Shown here one piece after another: positions 19,813-30,671 of a stretch of 64,000 bases of DNA. The DNA is from Spirochaetia bacterium (GTDB lineage: Bacteria > Spirochaetota > Spirochaetia > CADAEX01). The notes under the pieces were generated by a model. That model did not search any database, was not told the DNA's origin, and saw only the letters and a program-made list of their open reading frames with translations. The stretch covers positions 1,376,001-1,440,000 of the forward strand of contig OY759746.1 in the NCBI GenBank assembly GCA_963662795.1, in the 5' to 3' direction. Both the position numbers and the translations under genes were made by a program. Position 1 is the first letter of the stretch. The number at the start of each line of letters is the position of its first letter.

Positions 19813-20658
19813 TCAGGAAAGTTTTATTAAAATAAGCCCTGCTGTAATAAGCACTATGCCCATGATTTTACCGGGGGTAATTTTTTCTCTCAGAAAAATT
19901 ATCCCGAGGACGGAACCGATTACAATTGAAAATTCCCTTACCGCAGAAATATATCCTGCATTCGCAAGTTTAAACGCAAAGAGTATCATAAGATATGTCC
20001 CAAGCGCGCCGTAGCCTATTACGATGGAATATTTCCAGCTCTTCTTAAAAGTCTCTTTTATCTGGGGAAGTCCTTTTCTGAAAACAAACGGTGTCATGAG
20101 GGTTAGAGCCATTATGTCTTTTAAATTCAGGTAGGCAACAGGATTGGTGTGGGCAACACCTGCCTTGTCATTTACCGAATAGATTACAATTGATGCGCCG
20201 ACACAAACGGCATAGACAAGCACACTGAAATCACCCTTAAGCAGCTTCCTTTTCAGACTTATTACTATAACCCCAGTAAAAATAAGAGCTATTCCCGCAA
20301 CACCTGCCGGGCTGAAACTCTCACCAAGAAGAAGAAAAGCAAAAATAGCTGTGCCGGCAATTCCCGTGCCCCTTGCAACAGGGTAGACAACGGAGATGTC
20401 CCCCTTTCTGTACCCGAGGTAGAGAAAATAATAATACGATATATGGGCAAATGCGGTAACAGACATGAACCTCAATTCATGCAGTGTCAGTCCGTTGACA
20501 GAGATAATATAAAGCGAAACAGGCAGCAGGGTAAGGTTTGCCATCCATAGGCCCACAAGCGTTATCTGAAGGCTGCCGGAAGCTTTCTTGCTGAAAAAAT
20601 TCCATACTGCATGGGTACACGCTGCAAAAAGAACCAGGAAAAAAACTCTTAATTCCAT
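19813..20658 (-). CDS. EamA/DMT transporter
   Basis: HA.WN, GDISVVYP.ARG, RE.SI, L.E..T..K..G. Confidence 0.88.
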   Translation of the reverse strand: MELRVFFLVLFAACTHAVWNFFSKKASGSLQITLVGLWMANLTLLPVSLYIISVNGLTLHELRFMSVTAFAHISYYYFLYLGYRKGDISVVYPVARGTGIAGTAIFAFLLLGESFSPAGVAGIALIFTGVIVISLKRKLLKGDFSVLVYAVCVGASIVIYSVNDKAGVAHTNPVAYLNLKDIMALTLMTPFVFRKGLPQIKETFKKSWKYSIVIGYGALGTYLMILFAFKLANAGYISAVREFSIVIGSVLGIIFLREKITPGKIMGIVLITAGLILIKLS

Positions 20659-20716
20659 TATTTATCCAATTGTCCTGCAAGACATAAATCTATTTACAAA
20701 AAGATCCGTACCGATA

Positions 20717-22399
20717 TTAATTTCTGGAGGATATCTTTCCCCAGGTATCTTTTAATGTAACAGTTCTGTTAAATACCAGCCTGCCGTCTCTGCTGTCGCG
20801 GCTGTCAGGGCAGAAATAACCCTGTCTTAAAAACTGATACCGCATTCCGGGCCTTGCCCCGGCAAGTGAAGGTTCTGCAAGCGCTTTTTCAATTATCTGA
20901 AGAGAGGAAGGATTGATATTATGCACAAATTCGCCGCCCTCTTCAGGGTCGGGCTTTATAAACAGGGTGCTGTAAAGCCTCACTTCACACTCAACAGCAT
21001 CAGCTGCCGAAACCCAGTGAGAGGTCCCTTTTACCTTTCTCCCGTCTTCACTCCAGCCTCCGCGGCTCTTGGGGTCGTATTCGCAGACCACTTCCGTAAC
21101 GTTTCCGCTGTCATCTGTCTTATAGTCAACACACCTGACATAATAGGCATGTTTAAGCCTTATCTCTTTTCCGGGAGAAAGACGGAAATATTTTTTAGGG
21201 GGGTCTATCGTGAAGTCTTCCCTCTCTATGAAGATTTCACGTGAAAAAGGAATTTTTCTGCTGCCCCCGCCATCCGGCTGCTCTGGATTATTTTCCCCGT
21301 CAAGCCATTCTGTTTTATTTTCGGGATAGTTTCTTATTATAACTTTAAGGGGGTCAATAACAACCATTCTCCTGTCAGCGTTTCTGTTCAGGTCTTCCCT
21401 GAGGCAGTATTCAAGAAGCGCATAATCGACAGTACTGTCTGCTTTTGCGACCCCTATGCGGGCTGCAAATTCCCTTAGCGCCTCAGGTGTATAGCCTCTT
21501 CTCCTCAGGCCCGATATTGTAGGCATCCGCGGGTCGTCCCAGCCTGAAACATACCCTTCCTTTACCAGCCGCAGAAGCTTTCTTTTGCTCATTACAACAT
21601 AGGTAAGGTTAAGCCGCGCAAACTCGATCTGCTGCGGCCGGCACGGCGCATCAGCCTCCCTGACTACCCAGTCGTAAAGCGGCCTGTGGTCCTCGAACTC
21701 GAGTGTGCAGATAGAGTGGGTTATTCCTTCAATTGCATCGGATAAGGCATGGGCATAATCATACATCGGATAGATGCACCATTTATCGCCTGTCCTGTGG
21801 TGATGGGCGAACTTTATCCTGTAGATTACAGGGTCCCTCATATTGAGATTGGGGGATGCCATATCTATTTTTGCCCGGAGGACACAATCACCTTCCTTAA
21901 AATCCCCTTTCCTCATTTTTTCAAACAGCTCAAGGTTTTCATCAACTGTCCTGTTCCTGTCCGGGCTTTCCTTCCCCGGTTCTGTAAGGGTTCCCCTGTA
22001 CTCTCTTGTTTTTTCAGCGTCAAGCGTATCGACATAGGCAAGTCCTTTTTTGATAAGCACCAAAGCATACCCGTAGAGCCTATCAAAATAGTCTGAAGCA
22101 TAAAACATTTTATCGCCCCAGTCAAAACCGAGCCATTTAACGTCTGTTTTTATCGATTCAATATATTCAACTTCCTCTTTTTCAGGATTTGTATCGTCAA
22201 AGCGCAGATGTGTAACTCCGCCGTACTGCCTGGCCAGGCCGAAATTGAGGCAGATTGATTTTGCGTGTCCTATATGAAGATACCCGTTGGGTTCAGGCGG
22301 AAACCGTGTTACAACCCTGCCGTTGTTTTTACCGGCGCTGATATCCTCCTCAATAATTCTCTGAATAAAGTTTTTTAGCAGATTTGTGTTTTCGTCCAT
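20717..22399 (-). CDS. glnS: Glutamine--tRNA ligase
   Basis: [29 protein letters not shown], anticodon-binding beta barrels; ATG at 22399 preferred. Confidence 0.95.
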   Translation of the reverse strand: MDENTNLLKNFIQRIIEEDISAGKNNGRVVTRFPPEPNGYLHIGHAKSICLNFGLARQYGGVTHLRFDDTNPEKEEVEYIESIKTDVKWLGFDWGDKMFYASDYFDRLYGYALVLIKKGLAYVDTLDAEKTREYRGTLTEPGKESPDRNRTVDENLELFEKMRKGDFKEGDCVLRAKIDMASPNLNMRDPVIYRIKFAHHHRTGDKWCIYPMYDYAHALSDAIEGITHSICTLEFEDHRPLYDWVVREADAPCRPQQIEFARLNLTYVVMSKRKLLRLVKEGYVSGWDDPRMPTISGLRRRGYTPEALREFAARIGVAKADSTVDYALLEYCLREDLNRNADRRMVVIDPLKVIIRNYPENKTEWLDGENNPEQPDGGGSRKIPFSREIFIEREDFTIDPPKKYFRLSPGKEIRLKHAYYVRCVDYKTDDSGNVTEVVCEYDPKSRGGWSEDGRKVKGTSHWVSAADAVECEVRLYSTLFIKPDPEEGGEFVHNINPSSLQIIEKALAEPSLAGARPGMRYQFLRQGYFCPDSRDSRDGRLVFNRTVTLKDTWGKISSRN

Positions 22400-22541
22400 A
22401 ATTTTTTCCTGTTTTTTATATTGTTGATATATTTCCAATACTTTCGCCGTAACAAACTGCTTCTGCATGTTTGAAGCAGGGAATCATTTTCCTGAATATC
22501 TGCTGCAGAAACCGGCCCCTTTACCACCGGTGCAGGATTTT

Positions 22542-23423
22542 TTATCTTGCGATCAGATCAAAAAGCCTCTCAAGATCTTCCCTTGAAAAGTATGATATTT
22601 CAATCTTACCCTTGGTAAGGCTTCCGTTAAGATTTACCCTTGTTCCCAGCGCGTCAATAAGCTGCTGCTCAAGATTCATCACATCGGGACTTTTCTTCTT
22701 CTGAAGCTGCTCTTTTTTTTCCCCGGTTCCGTGGAGGCTTCTCATGCCGTTGTTAAGGTCCGAAGACTGTTTTTCAGCTTCCCTGACCGAAAGGCCCCCG
22801 TTAATAATTCTGTTAAAAAGGATTCTCTGGTCAGCGGGGTTAATAACTGAAAGCACTGCCCTTGCGTGTCCTGCTGATATTTCGCCTGACGAAAGTGCGT
22901 CCTGCATGTCCTGAGGCATTTTAAGGAGTCTCAGGCTGTTCGCAATTGTCGAGCGGTTTTTTCCTATCTTTTTGGAAAGTTCATCCTGAGCCAGGTTATA
23001 ACCTGTAATAAGGGTCTGGTATGCTTTTGCCTCTTCAATCGGGGAGAGGTCTTCCCGCTGAATATTTTCAATCAGCGCAATTTCGTATTTTTCCTCTTCT
23101 GTAAAATTCTTTTCAATAACAGGGATTTTTTTAAGACCTGCAATGCCTGAAGCCCTGAACCGTCTTTCCCCTGCAATTATTATATATCTGTCCCCTTTCT
23201 TCTCAACAAGGATCGGCTGAAGCACCCCTTTTTCCCTTATCGATTCCGCAAGCTCATCAAGCATCTCAGCATTGAACTCTTTACGCGGCTGGTTGGGATT
23301 CGGGACAATCTTATCAATATCTATATAAAGTCCAATAGCTCCAATCTTCTCTTCTGACAGCGTTTCATCAGATACAGACTGGAACAGCGCTTCAAGTCCT
23401 TTGCCGAGAGCTCTTTTAGACAC
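22542..23423 (-). CDS. parB: Chromosome partitioning CTPase ParB/Spo0J
   Basis: ALGKGL, QPR, AGERRFRA, ENIQREDL, HTH ..RSTIAN.LRLL, GHAR. Confidence 0.95.
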   Translation of the reverse strand: MSKRALGKGLEALFQSVSDETLSEEKIGAIGLYIDIDKIVPNPNQPRKEFNAEMLDELAESIREKGVLQPILVEKKGDRYIIIAGERRFRASGIAGLKKIPVIEKNFTEEEKYEIALIENIQREDLSPIEEAKAYQTLITGYNLAQDELSKKIGKNRSTIANSLRLLKMPQDMQDALSSGEISAGHARAVLSVINPADQRILFNRIINGGLSVREAEKQSSDLNNGMRSLHGTGEKKEQLQKKKSPDVMNLEQQLIDALGTRVNLNGSLTKGKIEISYFSREDLERLFDLIAR

Positions 23424-24171
23424 GGTTAATTACCTCTTCTGAAAGTTTTTTGTAGCTTCTTGCGCCGGTCGAATCATCACGGTAGAGACTTATGGGAAGG
23501 CCGTGGGACGGGGCTTCCGACAGGGCTACGTTCCGGGGAATTACAGTTCTGAATACTTTCTCCCTGAAATACCCTGTGACATTTTTTACAACTTCATTGG
23601 CAAGATTTGTTCTTGTATCATACATGGTAAAAACTATACCGCCGATTGATAGTTTTTTATTAAGTTCCCGCTGTATTCCCGCGATTGTCTGGACAAGCAG
23701 AGTAAGTCCTTCAAGAGCAAAATATTCGCATTGAAGAGGAATAATTACATGGTCTGCGGCAACAAGCCCGTTAAGGGTAAGAATCCCCAGCGAAGGCGGG
23801 CTGTCAATAAATATATAGTCATACCTGTTTTTTATTTTTTCAATTATTTTTTTAAGATAGTATTCCTTGTCTTCCTGATCAACAAGTTCAATATTTGCTC
23901 CTGTCAGGTTGATATTGGCAGCTACAGCAGAAAGGTTTTCAACCGGTGTTTTCTGGATAACGTCTTCTATTTCAGCCTTACCCGATAAAACCTCGTATAT
24001 TCCCGCTTTTTTTTTATCAATGCCAAGACTTGAGGAGAGGTTTCCCTGAGGGTCAAAGTCAACAAGAAGTGTTTTCTTTCCCGCGTCAGCTATATATGCG
24101 CCAAGATTTACCGCTGTAGTAGTTTTTCCTACTCCGCCTTTCTGATTTGCAAATACTATGATTTTTCCCAT
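23416..24171 (-). CDS. parA: Chromosome partitioning ATPase ParA/Soj
   Basis: NQKGGVGKTT, DPQGN, DSPPSLG, EAPSHG. Confidence 0.95.
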   Translation of the reverse strand: MGKIIVFANQKGGVGKTTTAVNLGAYIADAGKKTLLVDFDPQGNLSSSLGIDKKKAGIYEVLSGKAEIEDVIQKTPVENLSAVAANINLTGANIELVDQEDKEYYLKKIIEKIKNRYDYIFIDSPPSLGILTLNGLVAADHVIIPLQCEYFALEGLTLLVQTIAGIQRELNKKLSIGGIVFTMYDTRTNLANEVVKNVTGYFREKVFRTVIPRNVALSEAPSHGLPISLYRDDSTGARSYKKLSEEVINRV

Positions 24172-24283
24172 TTAGAGTTATTATATAGTAAAAACATTTG
24201 TTTGTCTTTAAGTTAAAATAAACTTGACTATTAATATGATAATTGTAATCTTTATTATATATTTTAGATTGCCGGAGAAAAAC

Positions 24284-24508
24284 ATGCTTATAGATGATGT
24301 TAAAAAAGCTGTAGAAGATGTTCGTCCAAGCCTTAAGGCTGATGGAGGAGACATAGAGTTTGTAAGTGTCAGCGATGACGGAAAAGTCAAGGTAAAGCTG
24401 AAAGGTGCCTGCCACGGATGTCCTATGGCCCAGGTTACACTCAAACAGGGTGTTGAAAAATATATCAAAGGTAAGATTCCTGCAGTTGTATCTGTTGACG
24501 CTGTTTAA
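24284..24508 (+). CDS. Stand-alone NifU C-terminal (Nfu) Fe-S carrier
   Basis: VRPSLKADGGDIE, GACHGCPMA..TLK.GVE; ATG 24284 preceded by GGAG. Confidence 0.9.
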   Translation: MLIDDVKKAVEDVRPSLKADGGDIEFVSVSDDGKVKVKLKGACHGCPMAQVTLKQGVEKYIKGKIPAVVSVDAV

Positions 24509-24568
24509 GCGCAAAAGACGCATCATTTTTTTCATTAAATCATACTGATATATTGCAAATAATATTTA

Positions 24569-24605
24569 GGGGATTTATGCTTTGAAAGTATAAATCCCTT
24601 TTTTT
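24569..24605 (+). terminator. Intrinsic terminator after the nfu gene
   Basis: ggggatttatgc...gtataaatccct stem followed by a T-run. Confidence 0.75.
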
Positions 24606-24721
24606 ATGTATTAAATTTGTTTGACTAATTTTTATCCGATTTAATGCCGTTATTGTAATAATGATAAATTTATTTTTACATTTCAGCCTTATTGTGTTTA
24701 AATACTAGGTAAGAGAGAAAC

Positions 24722-25768
24722 ATGGAAGTTAAAGAAACCTTGACCAGGGAGCAGAAAGATTTCAAAACTCTTCTGCTTAGACTGCCTAAAACTGAAATAC
24801 ACCTCCATCTCGAGGGAACAGCTTCTGTTGAAACAATATGGTCGCTGATGAAGAAAAACAATCTCAACCACACTGACATCTCAAATAAAGAAGATCTTAA
24901 AAAGAAATTCCAGATAACAAATCTTGAAGAGTTTATCGATCTTTTCATCAATGTTATACAGAGTAGTTTTTCAACTGAAAATGACATTGAATATCTAATA
25001 AACGATGCCGGTGAATATCTTAAGAAAAGCAACACTGTTTATTCTGAAATATTTTTCGCTCCCTCTAAATTCGTTTCAATGGGATTTGATTTCGGGAAAA
25101 TGATAAAAATCCTTGAAAAAGGAACCAGGACAATAATGGACAGGCACGGTATCGAAGTTAAATACATTATTGATGTATCAAGAAGCTTCGGTTTTGATAA
25201 CGCAATGGCGAACCTTGATCTAGTTATTGACAACCCTTCAGAATCAGTCATTGGAATAGGGCTGGGGGGGTCAGAGACAAAAGGGCCGGCCAGGGATTTT
25301 AAACAGGTTTTTGAAAAGGCTGTTTCGCACGGTTTTCATGTTGTGGCCCATGCCGGAGAAGATGTAGGACCTGAGTCTGTATGGGACGCTTTAAATCTGC
25401 TGAAAGCGGAAAGGATAGGACATGGAATAAGTTCTATACTTGATGAAAAACTGATGAAATACCTTGAAGAAAAACAAATTCCTCTTGAAATTTGCCCCAC
25501 AAGCAATCTTTTTACCAGAAAATATGCGCAATCACTTGAAGAGCATCCTGTAAGGAAGTTTTTTGACAGAAATATGAATGTAACAATAAACACGGATGAT
25601 CCGACTCTTTTTTCAGTAAACCTTATAGAAGAATACATGACTCTTTATAATAAAAGAATATTTACCGGCAGTGAGATAGTTAAACTGATTAAGAATAATA
25701 TTTATGCGACTTTTCTTCCTGATGCTAAAAAAGACAAAATCTGGAAAGAGTGCGAATCCAAACTCTAA
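24722..25768 (+). CDS. Adenosine/adenine deaminase family protein
   Basis: PKTEIHLHLEG, HAGE, RIGHG, CPTSN, NTDDP. Confidence 0.9.
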   Translation: MEVKETLTREQKDFKTLLLRLPKTEIHLHLEGTASVETIWSLMKKNNLNHTDISNKEDLKKKFQITNLEEFIDLFINVIQSSFSTENDIEYLINDAGEYLKKSNTVYSEIFFAPSKFVSMGFDFGKMIKILEKGTRTIMDRHGIEVKYIIDVSRSFGFDNAMANLDLVIDNPSESVIGIGLGGSETKGPARDFKQVFEKAVSHGFHVVAHAGEDVGPESVWDALNLLKAERIGHGISSILDEKLMKYLEEKQIPLEICPTSNLFTRKYAQSLEEHPVRKFFDRNMNVTINTDDPTLFSVNLIEEYMTLYNKRIFTGSEIVKLIKNNIYATFLPDAKKDKIWKECESKL

Positions 25769-25770
25769 AA

Positions 25771-25786
25771 TGTTTCACGTGAAACA
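25771..25786. promoter_or_regulatory. parS centromere site
   Basis: Perfect palindrome tgtttcacgtgaaaca, matching the universal parS consensus. Confidence 0.93.
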
Positions 25787-25789
25787 TTA

Positions 25790-28228
25790 TTATTCTTCTT
25801 CGGCATCAGTTGAAACTCTGGCAATTCCTACAAGAAAATCAGGCTTTACAATATTGACGACCCTGACACCGCTGGCTGCCTTGCCCTGAATTGATATTTC
25901 TTCAACACTCAATCTTATGGTAGTGCCCTGTGAAGAGCTGCACATCAGTTCGTCTGTTTCACTTACAGAAAGAACCCCGATAATTTCACCTGTTTTCTCT
26001 GTTGTTTTATAGGCAACCTGGCCCCTTGTTCTTGTCCCGTGATGCTGAAAAAGGTTGTAGTCTATCCTTTTTCCATAGCCGTTCTCTGTTATGATAAGAA
26101 TTTTTTCAGTTTCATTAATGGAAAGGAGTCCTGTAACTTCATCTCCGGGTTTAAGCTTCATCCCGGTAACGCCCCTAGAAGTTCTCCCCGAAGCCCTTAT
26201 GTTCTTTTCGCTGTATCGCAGCGCATTGCCGCGTCTTGTCATAAGTACTATATCCTGCTCTCCGTTTGTAAGGATTGCGTTTACCAGGCTGTCTCCGGGT
26301 CTTAAGTCAATTGCCCTTATTCCCCTTGTTTTGGCATTGGAAAAGGATGAAGTAGTTACTTTTTTTACAAGGCCCTGTCTTGTTCCCATAAAAATAAAGC
26401 CTTTATCGGAAAATTCGTTTATTGAAACAACCGCGTTGATATCTTCATTGGGGGAAATCGCAAAAAGTGTTCTTACAATTGTTCCCCTTGATGCTTTTGA
26501 CGCTTCAGGGATCTCGTGGACCTTAAGCCAGAAAGCTTTACCTTCACTTGTAATAAAAAGGATATAGTCATGGGTAGATGCTATAAAAAGATGCTCGACA
26601 AAATCTTCGTTTTTGAGTTTCGCGGAAGAAATCCCTTTACCGCCTCGCGCCTGGTTTTTATAGGCTGAAACCGGTATTCTCTTTATAAAACCCTTATTGG
26701 AAATAAGGACAACCATATCCTCTTTCTGGATCATATCCTCGATATTTATTTCTTCAATCTCATCTGAAACTATCTCTGTTTTTCTTTTATTGCCGTATTT
26801 TTCTGATATTTCCCTGGTTTCCTTTGAAATAACATCAAGAATCATTGATTCGCTTGCAAGAAGTTCTTTAAGATATTTTATCAGGGCCATAATCTCTTCA
26901 AGCTCTTCAAGGATCTTCTTTGTCTCAAGAGATGTTATTTTCTGCAGTTTCATGTCAAGGATGGCCTGAGATTGTATTTCGGAAAGACCGAAAGTATCCA
27001 TCAGGGCTATTCTTGCTGCATCCACATTCTCTGATTCCTTGATGATCCTGATTACTTCATCTATATTCTCAAGCGCTATTTTAAGCCCTTCAAGGATGTG
27101 GGCCTTTTCCTCCGCTTTCCTTAAGTCATACTGGGACCTTCTTACAATTACCTCTTTTCTGTGGCTGATAAATATTTCAAGAAGATCTTTCAGATTCAAA
27201 AGCTTAGGCATCCCGCCGACAAGGGCAAGATTGTTGATGTTGAAATTCTGCTGCAGGCTGGTATGGGAAAAGAGCTGGTTTAAAATTACCTTAGGGATAA
27301 CCCCTTTTTTAAGCTCTATCATAATCCTCATTCCATCGCGGTCAGATTCATCCCTTAGATCTGAAATTCCGTCAATTTTCTTTGATTTCACAAGGTCTGC
27401 AATCCTGATTATGAGATTGCTTTTATTTACCATGTAAGGTATTTCTGTGACTATTATCCTGTCTTTCCCTGAAGCTGTCGTTTCAAGGGTGAACCTTGAC
27501 CGGACAGTAATTTTCCCTCTCCCTGTTCTGAATGCATCCTTAATCCCTTTCCGTCCGAAAATTATACCGCCGGTAGGGAAATCAGGCCCTTTTACATGCT
27601 GCATAAGCTCTGCCTGATCCATATCAGGTTTTTCAATAAGAGCTATCAATGCAGAACAAACTTCTGCCAGGTTGTGAGGCGCCATATTTGTCGCCATACC
27701 GACAGCGATTCCGCTTGTGCCGTTGATTAACAGATTGGGAAGGGCTGTAGGAAGAACGAGGGGCTCTTTCATGGAATCATCGTAATTGGGACCAAAGTCC
27801 ACTGTTTCTTTTTTTATGTCTTTAAGTATTTCTTCCGTAATTTTTTCAAGCTTTGCTTCAGTGTACCTCATGGCGGCGGGGGGGTCGCCGTCAACAGAAC
27901 CGAAGTTGCCCTGTCCGCGGACAAGGGGGTATCTAAGCGAAAAATCCTGGGCAAGCCTTACAAGTGCATCATATATGGACTGATCCCCGTGGGGATGGTA
28001 TTTACCAAGAACATCTCCGACTATTCTTCCGCATTTTTTAAAATCCCTGTCATAATGAAGCCCCATTTCACTCATGGCAAAAAGGATTCTTCTGTGTACA
28101 GGTTTAAGCCCGTCTCTTGCGTCAGGAAGCGCCCTGCTTACTATGACGCTCATGGCGTATGTAAGATATGATTCTTTTACTTCGTCTTCAACCGAAACCG
28201 GTATAATACGTCCTGTTAGATCACCCAA
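25790..28228 (-). CDS. gyrA: DNA gyrase subunit A
   Basis: [17 protein letters not shown], GyrA-box QARGGKG, beta-pinwheel CTD; TTG start at 28228 preferred over 28246. Confidence 0.96.
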   Translation of the reverse strand: MGDLTGRIIPVSVEDEVKESYLTYAMSVIVSRALPDARDGLKPVHRRILFAMSEMGLHYDRDFKKCGRIVGDVLGKYHPHGDQSIYDALVRLAQDFSLRYPLVRGQGNFGSVDGDPPAAMRYTEAKLEKITEEILKDIKKETVDFGPNYDDSMKEPLVLPTALPNLLINGTSGIAVGMATNMAPHNLAEVCSALIALIEKPDMDQAELMQHVKGPDFPTGGIIFGRKGIKDAFRTGRGKITVRSRFTLETTASGKDRIIVTEIPYMVNKSNLIIRIADLVKSKKIDGISDLRDESDRDGMRIMIELKKGVIPKVILNQLFSHTSLQQNFNINNLALVGGMPKLLNLKDLLEIFISHRKEVIVRRSQYDLRKAEEKAHILEGLKIALENIDEVIRIIKESENVDAARIALMDTFGLSEIQSQAILDMKLQKITSLETKKILEELEEIMALIKYLKELLASESMILDVISKETREISEKYGNKRKTEIVSDEIEEINIEDMIQKEDMVVLISNKGFIKRIPVSAYKNQARGGKGISSAKLKNEDFVEHLFIASTHDYILFITSEGKAFWLKVHEIPEASKASRGTIVRTLFAISPNEDINAVVSINEFSDKGFIFMGTRQGLVKKVTTSSFSNAKTRGIRAIDLRPGDSLVNAILTNGEQDIVLMTRRGNALRYSEKNIRASGRTSRGVTGMKLKPGDEVTGLLSINETEKILIITENGYGKRIDYNLFQHHGTRTRGQVAYKTTEKTGEIIGVLSVSETDELMCSSSQGTTIRLSVEEISIQGKAASGVRVVNIVKPDFLVGIARVSTDAEEE

Positions 28229-28313
28229 GTTTTCCCCCAAAAACAATATATAATTGTTTTGATATATTTTTTATTTTACATATTATAGATTAGTGTATCA
28301 TTATACCTATCTG

Positions 28314-28363
28314 TTAAGGGTATGTCCGGCCCCTGCTTCACTACGTCCTATCAATACCCTTAA
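28314..28363. repeat. 10-bp inverted repeat (stem-loop) directly after the gyrB stop
   Basis: ttaagggtat (28314-28323) and atacccttaa (28354-28363) enclosing a 30-nt GC-richer loop. Confidence 0.6.
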
Positions 28364-30283
28364 TCAGACATCAAGGTTGGCAACAGCCAGGGCATTATCC
28401 TCAATAAATTTTCTTCTCGGTTCAACATTCTCGCCCATGAGAGTAGTAAAAATAGCGTCTGCCTCAACGAAATCATCAAGCCTTATCTGCATAACGCTTC
28501 TTGTCTCAGGATTCATGGTTGTTTCCCAGAGCTGATCCGGATTCATCTCACCGAGACCCTTATACCGCTGAACATTTATTTTTTCTTCAGCCACCTTAAG
28601 CTCTTCCTTGATCATTTTCATATATATGTTTTTTTCATCTTCGTTATAGGCGTATTTTATAATCTTTCCATAACCTATTTTAAAGAGAGGCGGCATTGCT
28701 ATGTAAACATGTCCTTTTTCAACAAGTTCTTTCATATATCTGAAAAAGAAGGTAAGAAGAAGTGTTCTGATGTGGGAACCGTCTACATCGGCATCCGCCA
28801 TTATAATTACCTTGTTATATCTTAATTTGGAAACATCAAACTCGGTTCCAACGCTTGTACCAAGGGTATTTATAATCGGCAGGAGTTTTTCATTTCCAAT
28901 TACCTTGTCAAGCCTTGTTTTTTCAACATTGAGCATCTTTCCCCAAAGGGGCAGAATAGCCTGAAACTGCCGGTCTCTTCCCTGTTTAGCGCTGCCGCCT
29001 GCCGAGTCTCCCTCAACAATGTAAACTTCACACTTTTCAGGATCCTTTTCGCTGCAGTCTGCAAGTTTTCCCGGCATTCCGGTGCTTTCAAGGAAGCTTT
29101 TACGTCTTGTAAGCTCTTTGGCCTTGCGTGCAGCAAGCCGCGCTTTAGCCGCGTTTAAAACCTTATCAAGTATCTTTTCAAGTACTGCCGGATTTTCCTC
29201 AAAATAGGCTGTAAGCGATTCATTAACAAGCGATTCAACAATCCCTTTGACATCAGAATTGCCGAGCTTTGCCTTGGTCTGTCCTTCGAACTGGGGTTCT
29301 GGTATTTTTATGGAAATTACAGCAGTAATTCCTTCCCTTACATCTTCTCCCGACAGCGGCTCTTCCATTTTTTTGGCAAATTTGGATTTCTTAAGGAAAT
29401 CATTAAAAACCCTTGTCAGTGCCGATTTAAGACCAGCAAGATGTGTTCCGCCCTCTCTTGTGTTAATATTGTTTACAAAAGAGAAAATGCTTTCCACATA
29501 TCCGTCATTATACTCAAGAGCAAGCTCAACTTCGGTGCTGTCCTTTGTTCCTGTAATATAAATCGGTTCTTTATCTATTGTTGTCTTGTTCTTATTGAGG
29601 TAGCTGACAAAGGATTTTACTCCCCCTTCAAAGTGAAATTCATGTTCCTTGATTGTCGGAAGGCGTAAATCCTTTATGGTTATTTTTACATTTTTATTTA
29701 AAAATGCAAGTTCCCTCAGTCTGTTGGAAAGGATATCAAAACTGAAAATATCTGTTTCAAAGATACTCATATCAGGTGAAAACCTGACAACAGTCCCTCT
29801 TTTATCTGTATCTCCGATTATTTCAACGCTTTTATCAGGTATTCCTATTTTATAGCTCTGGAAGTATCTTTTTCCGTCGAGGTGTACCTCAACAGACATC
29901 CATGTACAGAGGGCATTAACGACAGAAGCGCCGACACCGTGAAGGCCTCCTGAAACCTTGTAGCTGTTTTTTTCAAATTTACCACCTGCATGAAGGTGGG
30001 TCATTACAACCTCTAGCGCGCTTACATTCTCGGCATGATGCAAATCAACAGGAATACCCCTTCCGTTGTCCGTAACCTTTATTACATTTCCCTTTTCTAT
30101 TTCAACATCAATCTGGTCGCAATACCCTGCCAGGGCCTCATCAATACTGTTGTCTACAATTTCATATACCAGGTGATGAAGACCGTCAGGACCTGTGGAA
30201 CCTATGTACATTCCCGGCCGTTTACGGACAGCCTCAAGTCCTTTCAGAACCTGTATATTTTGAGCAGAGTATTTGTCATCCAT
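28364..30283 (-). CDS. gyrB: DNA gyrase subunit B
   Basis: [49 protein letters not shown]; ATG at 30283. Confidence 0.96.
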   Translation of the reverse strand: MDDKYSAQNIQVLKGLEAVRKRPGMYIGSTGPDGLHHLVYEIVDNSIDEALAGYCDQIDVEIEKGNVIKVTDNGRGIPVDLHHAENVSALEVVMTHLHAGGKFEKNSYKVSGGLHGVGASVVNALCTWMSVEVHLDGKRYFQSYKIGIPDKSVEIIGDTDKRGTVVRFSPDMSIFETDIFSFDILSNRLRELAFLNKNVKITIKDLRLPTIKEHEFHFEGGVKSFVSYLNKNKTTIDKEPIYITGTKDSTEVELALEYNDGYVESIFSFVNNINTREGGTHLAGLKSALTRVFNDFLKKSKFAKKMEEPLSGEDVREGITAVISIKIPEPQFEGQTKAKLGNSDVKGIVESLVNESLTAYFEENPAVLEKILDKVLNAAKARLAARKAKELTRRKSFLESTGMPGKLADCSEKDPEKCEVYIVEGDSAGGSAKQGRDRQFQAILPLWGKMLNVEKTRLDKVIGNEKLLPIINTLGTSVGTEFDVSKLRYNKVIIMADADVDGSHIRTLLLTFFFRYMKELVEKGHVYIAMPPLFKIGYGKIIKYAYNEDEKNIYMKMIKEELKVAEEKINVQRYKGLGEMNPDQLWETTMNPETRSVMQIRLDDFVEADAIFTTLMGENVEPRRKFIEDNALAVANLDV

Positions 30284-30419
30284 TTTTTGCTTACCTGATT
30301 TTAATTGAATAATTTGCAATACTGCAAAAGTATATATTTTTATCTTGCAAATAGCAACTCTTTCATAATAAACTTTGGCAATGCCCAAAAATCTGAAAAA
30401 GAGTATTCTATTTTTGACA

Positions 30420-30670
30420 AACCTGATATAGAATAATTTGATAACCTGTGGATAAAAAAAAGAACAATATGGAGTTTTTGGAAAAAATACATATTATTTA
30501 TAATTTATTATATCCTACAGGGTTAGTTTACAATTAACTTGTTATAATATAAAGATTTATTGCTTTATTACATTTTTTTACCTTAATAAGAATAAAATTT
30601 TTTACAATAGCTATATTTTAAAACAATCAGCTTCTTTGTGGATAAGTTGTTGATAACCTGCGGAGTAACA
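30420..30670. promoter_or_regulatory. oriC subregion upstream of dnaA (DnaA boxes, AT-rich)
   Basis: tgtggataa at 30447-30455 and 30637-30645; tgttgataa at 30648-30656. Confidence 0.85.
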
Positions 30671-30671
30671 G

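Noticed and set aside
22400-22541. T-box leader for glnS
   Set aside because: Two hairpins and a GGTGGTAA on the - strand, but too short for stem I and no proper T-box or terminator
24509-24721. Purine riboswitch upstream of the adenosine deaminase
   Set aside because: No purine aptamer core; the hairpin is best explained as the nfu terminator
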